Positions 29,609 to 39,869 of a stretch of DNA of 64,000 nt are shown here, in pieces. Positions within the stretch are counted from its first letter, which is position 1, and every line of letters begins with the position of its first letter. Source of the DNA: a bacterium (GTDB lineage Bacteria > Patescibacteriota > Microgenomatia > JAMCZE01); assembly GCA_021836035.1 (NCBI GenBank), contig JAKBJL010000003.1:4135-68134 (forward strand). The letters run 5' to 3'. Position numbers and translations under genes: made by a program. Under the pieces are notes generated by a model, which worked only from the letters and a program-made list of their open reading frames with translations, was not told the origin of the DNA and ran no database searches.

Positions 29609-30877
29609 GTGAAGAAAATTGTAGCCCTTGCCGTTTTATATTATCTGCGTTTTTGGGCAAAACTGCGGTTGGCCGGATTTAATCCCCGGGTTATCGGTGT
29701 TACCGGAAGCGTCGGTAAAACTTCCACCTGCCGGGCAATTCTCGCGATTCTCGCGGATAAATATTCCTGTCACTATAGCGAACATGCCAACTCCGAAAGC
29801 GGTATTCCTTTGGATCTCCTGGGTATAACTCCCTTAGACTATTCAGCCGGGGACTGGCTAAGGATGTTAATACTCGCGCCACTCGCGCTTCTGAAAGGTA
29901 AACCCGGTTATGGGATTTATATTGCCGAAATGGGGGTGGATTTGCCCGTGTGGCCGAAAAATATGGATTACCTGCTGACAATTTTGCGCCCGGAGATCGG
30001 GGTATTTCTGAACGCACGGCTGGTTCATAGCGAAAATTTTAAAAATTTGGAAGAAATTGCCCGGGAAAAAGGTAAATTAATAGAAAATCTCCCGCCCCGG
30101 GGTTCTGCTGTCGTTAACGCCGACGATCAGCTGGCGCGGGAATATTCAGCAAAATGTACGTGTAAAATGATATTGTATGGTCGTGCACAAGATGCCAATA
30201 TGCATATATTAGATGTTCATAGTTCCGGGCAGGGGTTTTCCCTAGAGTTTGCTATTTTAGATAAGAATTACCGGCTGAATTTACCGGGCCAGATTTTAAA
30301 TCCGGGTTACAGCGAAGTATTTTTAGCAGCAATCGCTGTAGGAATGGTTATGGGAATTGAAATCAAAGAAGCAATTTCCGCGCTGGAAAGAAATTTCCGG
30401 CTGCCGCCGGGTCGGATGAGCGCGATTTCTGGCCTTTATGGAAGTATTCTGATTGATTCTTCTTATAACGCCTCCAAATCCTCCGTGCTGGCCGCGCTGG
30501 AAGTTCTGGCGACTTATAAAGATAAACGGAAAATTGCTTTACTGGGGGACATGCGGGAGCTCGGGGATGCCGCGGCCGGGGAACACGGGGAAGTAGCCAA
30601 AACTGCCAGGGAAATTGCGGATCTGGTTTTGACCGTCGGGCCGTTGACCAAAAAATATTTTCCGCCGGAGATTAAAAATTTTCCTAATTCCTATGAAGCC
30701 GGGAAATATCTTCGGGAAATAATCAGCAAGAACGATGTAGTTTTGATTAAGGGTTCGCAGAATACGATCTTTTTGGAGAAAGCGGTCGAAATGCTCATGG
30801 CTCATCCGGAAGATGCTGATAAATTGCTCTGCCGTCGCGGGGAATTTTGGGAAAAGAAGAGAAATAATTACAATTGA
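29609..30877 (+). CDS. murF: UDP-N-acetylmuramoyl-tripeptide--D-Ala-D-Ala ligase
   Basis: GVTGSVGKTST, EMGVD, PPGRM, IDSSYNAS, LLGDMRELG, LIKGSQ; GTG start. Confidence 0.92.
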   Translation: MKKIVALAVLYYLRFWAKLRLAGFNPRVIGVTGSVGKTSTCRAILAILADKYSCHYSEHANSESGIPLDLLGITPLDYSAGDWLRMLILAPLALLKGKPGYGIYIAEMGVDLPVWPKNMDYLLTILRPEIGVFLNARLVHSENFKNLEEIAREKGKLIENLPPRGSAVVNADDQLAREYSAKCTCKMILYGRAQDANMHILDVHSSGQGFSLEFAILDKNYRLNLPGQILNPGYSEVFLAAIAVGMVMGIEIKEAISALERNFRLPPGRMSAISGLYGSILIDSSYNASKSSVLAALEVLATYKDKRKIALLGDMRELGDAAAGEHGEVAKTAREIADLVLTVGPLTKKYFPPEIKNFPNSYEAGKYLREIISKNDVVLIKGSQNTIFLEKAVEMLMAHPEDADKLLCRRGEFWEKKRNNYN

Positions 30878-30888
30878 CCCGATAACCA

Positions 30889-31261
30889 ATGGCCGATGAA
30901 CAATTGTCAAAAACCAACAAATTTGATATTCACGACAGAATTTTTGACTTTGCAGTTTGGGTTATAAAGATAACAAAAGCTCTTCCCAAGACCCAGCAGA
31001 ACTTGAATATTATTGACCAAATTTCCCGATTGTTCACATCAATGGGAGCCAACAGCCAGGAAGCAGATGGTTTAACCGGCAGAAAACAAATTATAAGTTG
31101 TTTCGCTACCGTAAAACGGGAAACGAAAAGAAACAAAATACCGGTTAAAAATTGTTATCTCAACAAATCCAGGTTTTTCTAGAAGAACGGAAGAATTGGT
31201 TAAAGAGGGTCGGGAAATTGAGGCGATTGTCTGTTCTATCTTAGAAAAAATGAAAAAATAA
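30889..31261 (+). pseudogene. Four helix bundle protein (TIGR02436-like), frameshifted
   Basis: RIFDFAVWVI..LPK..DQI..TSMGANSQEA; the expected ETKYRL...EGREIEAI tail is in another frame after about 31128. Confidence 0.75.
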
Positions 31262-31323
31262 TTATTTTTGAGAAATTGGTAATTGGATATTGGAGTCGGA
31301 TATTGTGAATTGAAATTATTAAT

Positions 31324-32379
31324 ATGAAGTTAAAAGTGGCGGTAATTTTCGGCGGCCGGTCAGCGGAGCACGAGGTATCTCTCCTGTCAGCCCGCAATAT
31401 TATTTCCGCCCTGGACAAAAATAAGTACAAAATTGTACTTATCGGCATTGATAAAAAGGGGCATTGGTATCTGGAGGACCAGGCTCATTATCTTTTGAAT
31501 CCGGATAACCCCAAATTAATCGGGCTTGCCAGATCGGGTAAAGAGTTGGTTTTGCCCCCGACGCCGCTGGCACGGCAAAATCTGTCGGTTGATGTAGCTT
31601 TCCCCGTCCTGCATGGAACCTATGGCGAGGACGGCACAATCCAGGGATTTCTCAAAATGGCGGGGATTCCTTTTGTCGGAGCGGGAGTTTTAGGATCGGC
31701 GGTGGGGATGGATAAAGAGGTACAGAAGAGATTGTTAAGGGATGCCGGCATCCCCACAGCTAGATTTGTCGTTCTTGCTAACCCCTCACCGCTAGCCCCT
31801 AGCCACTTTCTATCTCCGCTTTTTGTCAAACCAGCAAACCTGGGTTCTTCAGTGGGAGTGAGTAAAGTTTATAATCAGAAGGAATTAAAAAGAGCCATCA
31901 AAGAAGCCTTCAAATATGATACCAAAGTCCTTATTGAAGAAGCGGTTGCGGGACGGGAAATTGAATGCGCGGTTTTAGGAAATGAAAAACCGGTTGCTTC
32001 TCTTCCTGGGGAGGTAATTCCGGCGGGGAGCCATGAATTTTACGACTATGATGCTAAATACTTTGATGAAAACGGAGCAACTCTACAGATACCGGCAAAG
32101 TTATCCAAGGAACAAGTGTCCAAGATACAAAAAATATCTGTGAAAGCTTTTAAAGCTTTAAACTGCGAGGGGATGGCGCGGGTAGATATGTTTTTAAAAC
32201 CCGACGGGAAAGTTTTAGTCAACGAAATTAATACCATTCCCGGTTTTACCGATATTTCTATGTATCCCAAACTCTGGGAAGTTTCCGGTTTGCCCCAAAC
32301 CGCCCTGCTGGACCGTTTAATTGAGCTGGCAATTTCCCGGTTTGATAATGAACGAAAACTATCAATCTCACGGAATTGA
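31324..32379 (+). CDS. ddl: D-alanine--D-alanine ligase
   Basis: GGRSAEHEVSL, PVLHGTYGEDG, MDK, KPANLGSSVG, YDYDAKY, NEINTIPGFT. Confidence 0.96.
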   Translation: MKLKVAVIFGGRSAEHEVSLLSARNIISALDKNKYKIVLIGIDKKGHWYLEDQAHYLLNPDNPKLIGLARSGKELVLPPTPLARQNLSVDVAFPVLHGTYGEDGTIQGFLKMAGIPFVGAGVLGSAVGMDKEVQKRLLRDAGIPTARFVVLANPSPLAPSHFLSPLFVKPANLGSSVGVSKVYNQKELKRAIKEAFKYDTKVLIEEAVAGREIECAVLGNEKPVASLPGEVIPAGSHEFYDYDAKYFDENGATLQIPAKLSKEQVSKIQKISVKAFKALNCEGMARVDMFLKPDGKVLVNEINTIPGFTDISMYPKLWEVSGLPQTALLDRLIELAISRFDNERKLSISRN

Positions 32380-32444
32380 GCAAAATTTTATTGACTTCGG
32401 AAGGAAAATTTTTTAGACTGGGGCAAGATATAATTTAATGCTTT

Positions 32445-33680
32445 ATGTTTACAGAAGAACAGTCGAACAATTCCGTTAACAAACAGCCGGTTTCCGGAAC
32501 TATTAACCGGCGGGACTTTCTCAAGTGGTTGGGCAGTTTTTTGGTCAGTACCGTCGGCCTCTCGGTGCTAACCGGGAGCAATAGCCGGGCGGCAGAAGGA
32601 TTTAAGGAAACGGGATCAAAAGTTGGGGGAGATCCTGCCGGTAGCGCGGGATCAGAAGTGGGAACCGTTTCTGGAGTGGGGGAAGCGGCTGCTGGCAGTG
32701 AAGGAAGGGCCGATGTTACCGCCGGTGAATTGGCAATCCCGCGCGAACTATCCATAGCTATTAAAGACGAATTCGGAGAAATTGCGGGTATTTCAACCTG
32801 GCGGGAAATGATGGCGGATTTGGAAAGCCGCAAGTTTATCTGCCTCGGAGAAAACCATTACATCAGGGACGAAAGGATTGTACAGAGGAAAATTATTCAG
32901 GAGATTAGGCAGTTTTTGCCGGAAGTTCCGCTTGTTGTGGGGTTGGAATATTTCGACCAGAAATTGCAACCCAAACTGGATCACTTAAAGGACCTTCCTC
33001 ATGAGGAGGGGATATCCTATCTGCGGGAAGAAATTTTCACTGACCAAGGCTACGTACAAAGGGATACGATCCCGGAAGTTAGCAGGCTTCTCAGTTTGGA
33101 TCAATTTATCGAAACGGTTGAATGGTGTGTTAATGCGGGGATACCGCTAATTGGATTGGAAGACAAAAGTATTAGTTTAGCTCCACCATCAGGCCAGTCC
33201 GACGGTGTCCTAATCTTTAATACAGAAAATATAGATAAGTTTTCCCATGACCGGAGTAATAGCTGGTTTCGGCATTTTCTCACGGTAAAACCGACAATGG
33301 CTCACGGAACTAAATTTATCTTTCTGGGCGGATTCGACCACTTCGATACTCTCGACCCGGAATCTTTCAATGGCTTACTACGTAGTAATTTTCCTCCGGA
33401 AGAAACGGTTTCCGTAGGATTAGGACGCTTGCCGGCAGAGGGGGTACCGGGGAAAGTAAAGGCGGAAGAGGTAGCTGGAAAATACGGTAAGGTCCCCTTG
33501 ATTCTAAAAGCGCCGCAGTATATCGGTTTCTATCAAAGCCCGGAAGGGGAAATGATTCCGGATGTGGCCTCAGCGGATTATTGGCTGCCGTTAGCGGCTA
33601 AAGAGGATCTTTCGCCACTACCCCTTAGGTTGGTGCGGGCCGGAGGAAATAGCCATAATATTACGCTGGCCGGTGTTTGA
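32445..33680 (+). CDS. Twin-arginine-signal protein with ChaN-like domain
   Basis: INRRDFLK plus a hydrophobic stretch; FICLGENH...VQ...VVGLEYF...QPKLD; promoter TTGACT (32391)-17-TAGACT. Confidence 0.65.
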   Translation: MFTEEQSNNSVNKQPVSGTINRRDFLKWLGSFLVSTVGLSVLTGSNSRAAEGFKETGSKVGGDPAGSAGSEVGTVSGVGEAAAGSEGRADVTAGELAIPRELSIAIKDEFGEIAGISTWREMMADLESRKFICLGENHYIRDERIVQRKIIQEIRQFLPEVPLVVGLEYFDQKLQPKLDHLKDLPHEEGISYLREEIFTDQGYVQRDTIPEVSRLLSLDQFIETVEWCVNAGIPLIGLEDKSISLAPPSGQSDGVLIFNTENIDKFSHDRSNSWFRHFLTVKPTMAHGTKFIFLGGFDHFDTLDPESFNGLLRSNFPPEETVSVGLGRLPAEGVPGKVKAEEVAGKYGKVPLILKAPQYIGFYQSPEGEMIPDVASADYWLPLAAKEDLSPLPLRLVRAGGNSHNITLAGV

Positions 33681-33700
33681 AATAATGGTTTAAAGGCTTA

Positions 33701-34444
33701 GGGGACGGTCCTTTAATTTGTTGACAATACAATTAAGACATATCACAATTTGTTAAGTATGCCGCGCGGTCCTCGTCTTGCATTAAAAAATGCATTCTAC
33801 CGTGTTTTTAACCGCGGAATTAACAAACAGGATATTTTTATCCAGCCGGTGGATTACGTTTTTTCCTAAAAAGATTAATAAAATTGAAGGAGAAATATGA
33901 CTTTTCATTGTATGCCGTATGCCTCCTGCCGAATCATTTCCATCTTTCTCTCCAAACGCGCAAGGATCCTATCTTGCAGATAATGTCCTCGTTGGCTACC
34001 GGATTTTCAATGTATTATAACCGCGCTTATTCTCACTTTGGTCCAGTTTTTCAAAATAGATATAAAAGTATTCTCATTCAAAATGAAGCATATTTTATCC
34101 AGCTCTCGCAATATATTTATTTAAATCCTGTGTTAGCGGGATTGGTATCCGACCCGGTAAATTATTCCTACAGTACTTTTGGCGAAGCTATCGGATTACG
34201 CCCTTTGCATCTATTAGACACGGCTATTGTCCGCTTGATCGGCGAAACAAAACATTCGAAAGAGGAGTATAGAAAATTTGTTTATGAAGGCATGAATGCC
34301 GATTTTTCCGGATACGGAAAAGTTATTTATGGAAGAGGAGGCAGTACTCGGGAATAATTTGTTTGCTATGGGGGTCAGGAGAAAATACGTCTCGAGAAGT
34401 CATTAATATAATTTGCCCCGACAATTAATTCTAGGACCGTCCCC
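33701..34444 (+). mobile_element. Decayed RAYT-type (Y1 HUH transposase) element with flanking inverted repeats
   Basis: ggggacggtcct at 33701 and aggaccgtcccc ending at 34444 bracket the transposase. Confidence 0.7.
33759..34406 (+). pseudogene. REP-associated tyrosine transposase-like gene, frameshifted
   Basis: MPRGPR...FNRGINKQDIF, a frameshift, then CLLPNHFHL...GPVFQNRYKS...YIYLNPVLAGLV; promoter TTGACA at 33721. Confidence 0.8.
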
Positions 34445-34713
34445 AATATGGTCCCCATATAAGTTTCTTTTAGACGAAGGTTCTTATTTCCAGACAACCC
34501 TGGATTTGTTTGTAGAGGCTTTAGCTCAACTGGCCGCGGTAGGTACGTTACCCCCCCAAATACAATCCTAAAATTGAAATGCTTTATCTTCAGAGAGCCT
34601 CGCGGGCAGAACATTCACAGGCACGAACTTTAATGCCGGAAACGCAATCGGAAACGCTCCGACCGTAAAAGGGCGATTGACAAGAATGAGCAAATATATA
34701 TAATAAACCTATA

Positions 34714-35295
34714 ATGTTTAAGGAAATTACTAGTCGACGGGAATTCCTCCGACAAGCAGCTTTCGCCGGTACAGCTTTGGCTTTGCCTTGGCTTCGGGCC
34801 AAAGAAATTTTTACTAATTTTCTTGCTACCTCCGAACGCCTTAAAAATCTGCAACCCGGAGAAACCGTAACCGTGAGCCGGGACGAATGTGATACCGATC
34901 CGGTGACCGGCCAATTTTTGCTTGAAAAGGGAAGCAAAAGAGAAGAGAAGGAACAGGTAGGCTTAATGGTAAAAGAAGCGGTTAACAGCCGGAAAGTGAT
35001 GGCTATCGGCCGGACAGTGCATGAAAAGGAAGAGGCTTTGCCGACCGATTATTTCCCGGTCAATAGCATTACTAAAAGCGGATTAAATGAAGATAGCGCC
35101 TTGGGCTTTGAAGTTATGGCCGGACCTAAAGAAAAGGAAGTGTCTGAGGGGCTTTCAGCTTTTGATTTAACCCTGGTAGGCCTAGACCCGAATTGGACGG
35201 AGGCGGAGCGAAAACAAACTTATGAGCGTCTGGCTGCCACGTTCCCCCGCCGCAGCCACGTACTGCGATTATATTTTAAGCTTGAGTCCCGCTAA
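34714..35295 (+). CDS. Hypothetical protein with twin-arginine-like N-terminus
   Basis: TSRREFLRQAAFAGTALALP; TTGACA (34677)-16-TATAAT just upstream. Confidence 0.7.
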   Translation: MFKEITSRREFLRQAAFAGTALALPWLRAKEIFTNFLATSERLKNLQPGETVTVSRDECDTDPVTGQFLLEKGSKREEKEQVGLMVKEAVNSRKVMAIGRTVHEKEEALPTDYFPVNSITKSGLNEDSALGFEVMAGPKEKEVSEGLSAFDLTLVGLDPNWTEAERKQTYERLAATFPRRSHVLRLYFKLESR

Positions 35296-35345
35296 TTTAT
35301 ATTTTTTCGTTTGACTCCTCCCCCGTTTTATGGTTCGATGAATAT

Positions 35346-35960
35346 ATGGTGAGTTGGTTCTTGCGAAAGAGAGTTCTCCTTGTTTTCCTTTTTATATTGG
35401 CGGTTATTATTCTGGCGGAATTTGCCTATTATTTTATCCTTCTTGGGCACAGAAAAGTCCCCCTAACTGCAGGAAAACAAGGCGAGGCGGTAAGTTCCCA
35501 CCGAAATATGCTGCCGGAAGATTACGAAATTCCCTCAAGCGCAACCGGTAAACTAACGGACACCATAAGTTTGGAGAAGGACATAAGCAGTCTTAATTTA
35601 ATTACGGACAAGAGTTTAAAGGCTCTGGCTACTGTCTCCGGAGTATCGGCCTCTTTTAACGGAACTTCTTTTGAAAAGGTAATGGGGGGTAAAGTTATTA
35701 AGGTCGAAGAGACCAACGACAAATACCAGATTACTCTGCAGCAAGAGCAGGGTGCGGTATCGGTACAATTAGCATCGGGTCTAATTCTTTACTCGAAGAA
35801 TAAAGACATATTTATTGCTAGGCAAATTGTTTGGGGTAACAAGGATTTTGAGAAATATTTTTTAGATCAGGTCAGACCGGGTAAAGAAATAATGCTCTCG
35901 GATGTGGCTGGGGAAGCGGGGGGGCAACTTAGTGCCGGGAAAATTATCGTTGTAAATTAA
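35346..35960 (+). CDS. Hypothetical membrane-anchored protein
   Basis: N-terminal TM; 3 nt gap to the next gene. Confidence 0.7.
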   Translation: MVSWFLRKRVLLVFLFILAVIILAEFAYYFILLGHRKVPLTAGKQGEAVSSHRNMLPEDYEIPSSATGKLTDTISLEKDISSLNLITDKSLKALATVSGVSASFNGTSFEKVMGGKVIKVEETNDKYQITLQQEQGAVSVQLASGLILYSKNKDIFIARQIVWGNKDFEKYFLDQVRPGKEIMLSDVAGEAGGQLSAGKIIVVN

Positions 35961-35963
35961 CAC

Positions 35964-38900
35964 ATGAAAAGAATATTATGGCTAATTGCTCTCTTCTTGG
36001 CGATGGTTTGTTTGGGAATTTTCTTTCAAAATAACCCTTCCTTCGTGCGGGCCCAAACGTGTGATCCCAATGACCCCTGCTGCGATCCCTGGCGCCCGGC
36101 TGCCTGCCATTGTTGCCAGCCGGATGATTATACAATAGCATGTGTAATTTCTATGAACTGCGGCAGCAACCCTACTCCGTGTCTCGCAGGAGTTTGCTCT
36201 AAACCTGGCAACAACAGTGAGGCGGAATGCCAAAACGCCGGCGGTTCATGGTATTACACCTGCTGCGATTATAACAACATTTACACCTCGACTTATAACC
36301 CCAATAAAGGTTACTGTTCTTCAGTTTGTAACGGCACCTGCACTTTCTGGGATAACAATATCAGCAATTGGAATTACAATGGCCATTGCAACGTAGACGT
36401 CCAGGGCTGTTACCCTACCTGCACGGCAACTTCCGGGCCTGGGACTGCTTACGTCAATAAAAGTACGGCCCCCAATAACTATAGTGCCAGTCCACAGAAT
36501 GGGGGGACGAGCTACGGAATTTATAAGTTAGCTCCCAGCTCGGACCCGAAATTAGGCACTTCCTGGTCTACTATTTGTGGCCCCGGAGGCTGCCCGGCAC
36601 CGGGTACTTTTTCCAGTACGGGAACTTGGACAGCAACCTGCAATACTTCTCGGTTAATGGACAGGTACGGAGTTTCCACTACCTATGCCTGTTCGGGAAA
36701 CCCCGCTTGTGAATCGGATCCGGCCTGGTGTAGCTCTATAGGAGGTTCGCCGGGTTATAAATGGTGTGGTCCGGGTTCCCGGATGCCAGTCAATGTATAT
36801 AATATTCCTACCTGCAGTATCTCCTGCAGCCCCAACCCTGGAACCCAGCCGAATGCGATTGATATAACTACTAATGCTAACGGGAACGGGGGAGGCATTT
36901 ACGGGGTTAATGTTTATGTCAATCGGGATCCTAACGGGGGTTATTCTACCTGGGACTCAATCGCTAGTGCCAACGGGGGAGGAGCTTCTACTTATTCCAC
37001 TACCAATTCCTGGTCTTCTACCAATACGGCAACCAGCTATACGGTCGGTACTCACCGGGTAGCGGCTAATCTTTATGACACTAGCGGCAATTATCTTTAT
37101 CAATGCGGCAATACCTGTACCCTTAACCCGCCCCCGCCGCCCAGTTGTACTTTAGACCTTCTTCCTGCTACCAATACTATTTACACCAACGGTACGGTTA
37201 ACCTTACCGCCAGCTATACCGCCAACAATGCCATTATTTCTTATGTTGATTTTTCCTCTAACACCAATACTGCCGCGACGACCGTTAATCCCAGCCGTGA
37301 TAGTTATGCTCCTTACATAACCAGAGTTACTGCCGGGAATACGGCGGGTACGGCCATTATTACTGCTGTGGGAACGATGAGTGACGGGAATACAACCTGC
37401 CGGGATACCGCTACCGTAAATGTTATTTATCCTCCTCCCACCTGCGGGACTTTAGCTTGCGCGTTTAATCCCAACGTTTTAAAAATTGGGGATAGCGGGA
37501 GCGGCCAGATCAGCGGCGCCCCGACCAACGGCACAATTACCGGGGGTACCTGGCTTAATCCGCCGTCTACTACTACTTTACCGGTGACCCAGCTTGCCAG
37601 TCTTTCTGCCCCCGGCCTGGCCCCCACCTATCGGGTGGCGGTAACCCCCAAAGCGGTGGGCACGGGACAATCAACGGTAAATGTAAATGTACTCGGGCTG
37701 GATGGAACCAATATTATTTGCGCCCGCACTTGCCAACTAACCATTTCTTCGCCGGATGTTTCCTGCCAATTTAATGTGGATGTTTCGGGCGCGACCGGGC
37801 CGGGAGGAAGCATTATCGTCGATGACTCGCTCACGGTCACGACTACGGTAAGTGTGCCTACCGGAGCTTTATACGCAGCTCCCACTACGGCTGAAATCAA
37901 TTTTGCCAGCAGCGTGCCTGCGGTTATTCGCGCACCGGCCGATGTTACAATGTATAATGCTCCCAGCTCCACTAACATCCAAATTTTATCAGCCGACCAT
38001 ACAGGCTCAACGACTATTACCGCCTCCGGTTATTTGACCAATTTCCAGCCGGGTTTGGGGATTACTTCCATTACCTGTACCCCCGGGCTGTATAACGCCG
38101 TGGTTAATGAATACGGAGGCTGGTGGCAGACGGGGGCAGCTAATGCTTACGGGGATATTTTTGCCAAAGGAACAATTCGTAGCCCGCTCCCCAATGACAC
38201 TACTTTTTTGGATTTAGGCAACAATCCGCTAACTCATTCCACAATCGTCTCAACTGATGTCGGGATAACGGGACATCCGGAAACACCGTCCATTGATCTT
38301 TGGAGCCATGAGGGGAAATTAAGTACTGCACAATATCAGGTGAAAACCGACAGTACCAGCCCTGCCGGGGAAACGGGGAAATATGCCAGTTATACTTACT
38401 GGCATGATCTCTTAACCGGTCAGTTACATACTTTTACCTGGCCCGGGGGACACGTGATTGACTCCATCCACAGTATTCCTAGTATTATTTCCGGTATGGC
38501 CGCAAACGAAACCCGGGTTTATGAAGTCGATGGTGATCTGACCGTCTCTAGTATCCAACAGGTAAACAACGCCGGCGGTTCACCGAAAGCAGTCATCTTT
38601 CTGGTCAAGGGAGATTTGTTAGTCAATGCGATTATTACCTCCCGCGATCCCCAGCTTTTCCTGGGCTTTATCGTCAAAGGCGGGGGGGCGGTAGATGGTA
38701 TTAAAGTCCAGGATGGTTTACAGCGCGGGATAAATACTACCATGGACGGCTTTTTCCTGACTGACGGTACTTTTGATACCGGTACAAATGTTGGCGGCAA
38801 CCAGGATTTTAGCGGCAAAGGTGTCTTTATCGCCCACGATTTCAAATTGCAGCGCACTATGGGAAATCAGAACAAAATCTTCCCGTCGGAAACTTTTATT

Positions 38901-38978
38901 TTCGATCCCGCTTTAATTTTAAACGCTCCTGCGGAGATGATGCACCCCCTCTACTCCTGGAGCGAGATGGTGCCCTAG
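35964..38978 (+). CDS. Large secreted Cys-rich/Ig-like surface protein with conserved C-terminal domain
   Basis: Signal ending VRAQ; Cys-rich N-terminus; Thr-rich Ig-like middle; C-terminal WWQ..AYGDIFA...WSEMVP shared with 39870..41951. Confidence 0.8.
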   Translation: MKRILWLIALFLAMVCLGIFFQNNPSFVRAQTCDPNDPCCDPWRPAACHCCQPDDYTIACVISMNCGSNPTPCLAGVCSKPGNNSEAECQNAGGSWYYTCCDYNNIYTSTYNPNKGYCSSVCNGTCTFWDNNISNWNYNGHCNVDVQGCYPTCTATSGPGTAYVNKSTAPNNYSASPQNGGTSYGIYKLAPSSDPKLGTSWSTICGPGGCPAPGTFSSTGTWTATCNTSRLMDRYGVSTTYACSGNPACESDPAWCSSIGGSPGYKWCGPGSRMPVNVYNIPTCSISCSPNPGTQPNAIDITTNANGNGGGIYGVNVYVNRDPNGGYSTWDSIASANGGGASTYSTTNSWSSTNTATSYTVGTHRVAANLYDTSGNYLYQCGNTCTLNPPPPPSCTLDLLPATNTIYTNGTVNLTASYTANNAIISYVDFSSNTNTAATTVNPSRDSYAPYITRVTAGNTAGTAIITAVGTMSDGNTTCRDTATVNVIYPPPTCGTLACAFNPNVLKIGDSGSGQISGAPTNGTITGGTWLNPPSTTTLPVTQLASLSAPGLAPTYRVAVTPKAVGTGQSTVNVNVLGLDGTNIICARTCQLTISSPDVSCQFNVDVSGATGPGGSIIVDDSLTVTTTVSVPTGALYAAPTTAEINFASSVPAVIRAPADVTMYNAPSSTNIQILSADHTGSTTITASGYLTNFQPGLGITSITCTPGLYNAVVNEYGGWWQTGAANAYGDIFAKGTIRSPLPNDTTFLDLGNNPLTHSTIVSTDVGITGHPETPSIDLWSHEGKLSTAQYQVKTDSTSPAGETGKYASYTYWHDLLTGQLHTFTWPGGHVIDSIHSIPSIISGMAANETRVYEVDGDLTVSSIQQVNNAGGSPKAVIFLVKGDLLVNAIITSRDPQLFLGFIVKGGGAVDGIKVQDGLQRGINTTMDGFFLTDGTFDTGTNVGGNQDFSGKGVFIAHDFKLQRTMGNQNKIFPSETFIFDPALILNAPAEMMHPLYSWSEMVP

Positions 38979-39044
38979 AAGGGGATTCCTTTGCCATACT
39001 TCGACCCGGTTGACTTCTTCTGCTTTCTGAGTTAAGAAAGCCCT

Positions 39045-39800
39045 ATGAAGGGGTTTAGCCCTGAGGGGTTAAGGCACCGCCGGGATACAATTACTTTAGT
39101 GGTATTATTAAATCTGCTGTCCGGGTGCCGTGGGGATTTTACTCCGGTGGCAAACTTTTCCTCGGGAGAGAAGACTCCGATCCCGTCGACAGCCGCGACT
39201 GCCGAAGTAACGGCTACTATCGCCGAATCTACCTCTACGCCGACTGCGTTTCCTTTTCCAACGCACACTTCGGTCCCGACCGCTACCCGCACAGAAGCGC
39301 CGAAACCTGCACCCACCAAAATGCCAACCAAAACGCCGCGGCTCTGGCCGTCAATTCCGCCTTTGGCTTCAGCCGAGATCGTAATTAACTGGCAAAGTTT
39401 TGAAGATGACAGCGGCGCTCGCGGACTGGAAGGAAAATATGTTAATGTAGAAGCTCTTGACGGGCAAATTGTCCGTTTTTGGATTGATGTCAGCCGGGAC
39501 GAAATAGAAAATCCCGTGCCTCTGGAATTTCCGGTTGACCGGGAGAGACCGCTGAAAATTTATGATTCCCTGGTGCAGACTGGTTGGCGAAAGTTTTACG
39601 GTCCAAACGGCGAGCAGTGGTTAACGCCGGTTTACATCAGCGGAGCAGAAGCTTACTCTCCGGAAGAGGTGGTAGAAATGGTTAAACATTATTTCCGCAG
39701 CGGGGATTTTGCCTCTGTTGATTATTTTTCCCGGGGCGTGCCTGCAAGAGGTCCCCTGCAAAATCGCAATGTCAACGAATTAGGTTACCTGGTTAAGTAA
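39045..39800 (+). CDS. Hypothetical exported Pro/Thr-rich protein, possible lipoprotein
   Basis: LLSGC lipobox-like motif followed by a PT-rich linker. Confidence 0.65.
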   Translation: MKGFSPEGLRHRRDTITLVVLLNLLSGCRGDFTPVANFSSGEKTPIPSTAATAEVTATIAESTSTPTAFPFPTHTSVPTATRTEAPKPAPTKMPTKTPRLWPSIPPLASAEIVINWQSFEDDSGARGLEGKYVNVEALDGQIVRFWIDVSRDEIENPVPLEFPVDRERPLKIYDSLVQTGWRKFYGPNGEQWLTPVYISGAEAYSPEEVVEMVKHYFRSGDFASVDYFSRGVPARGPLQNRNVNELGYLVK

Positions 39801-39869
39801 AAGTCGCTTACCGGACTCGTCGGATTTCTCCCATTGTCAGTAATACAGGTAGGTGCTAATCTGAAATTA

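Noticed and set aside
34519-34540. tRNA-like start GCTTTAGCTCAACTGG
   Set aside because: No anticodon arm, T arm or acceptor complement follows.
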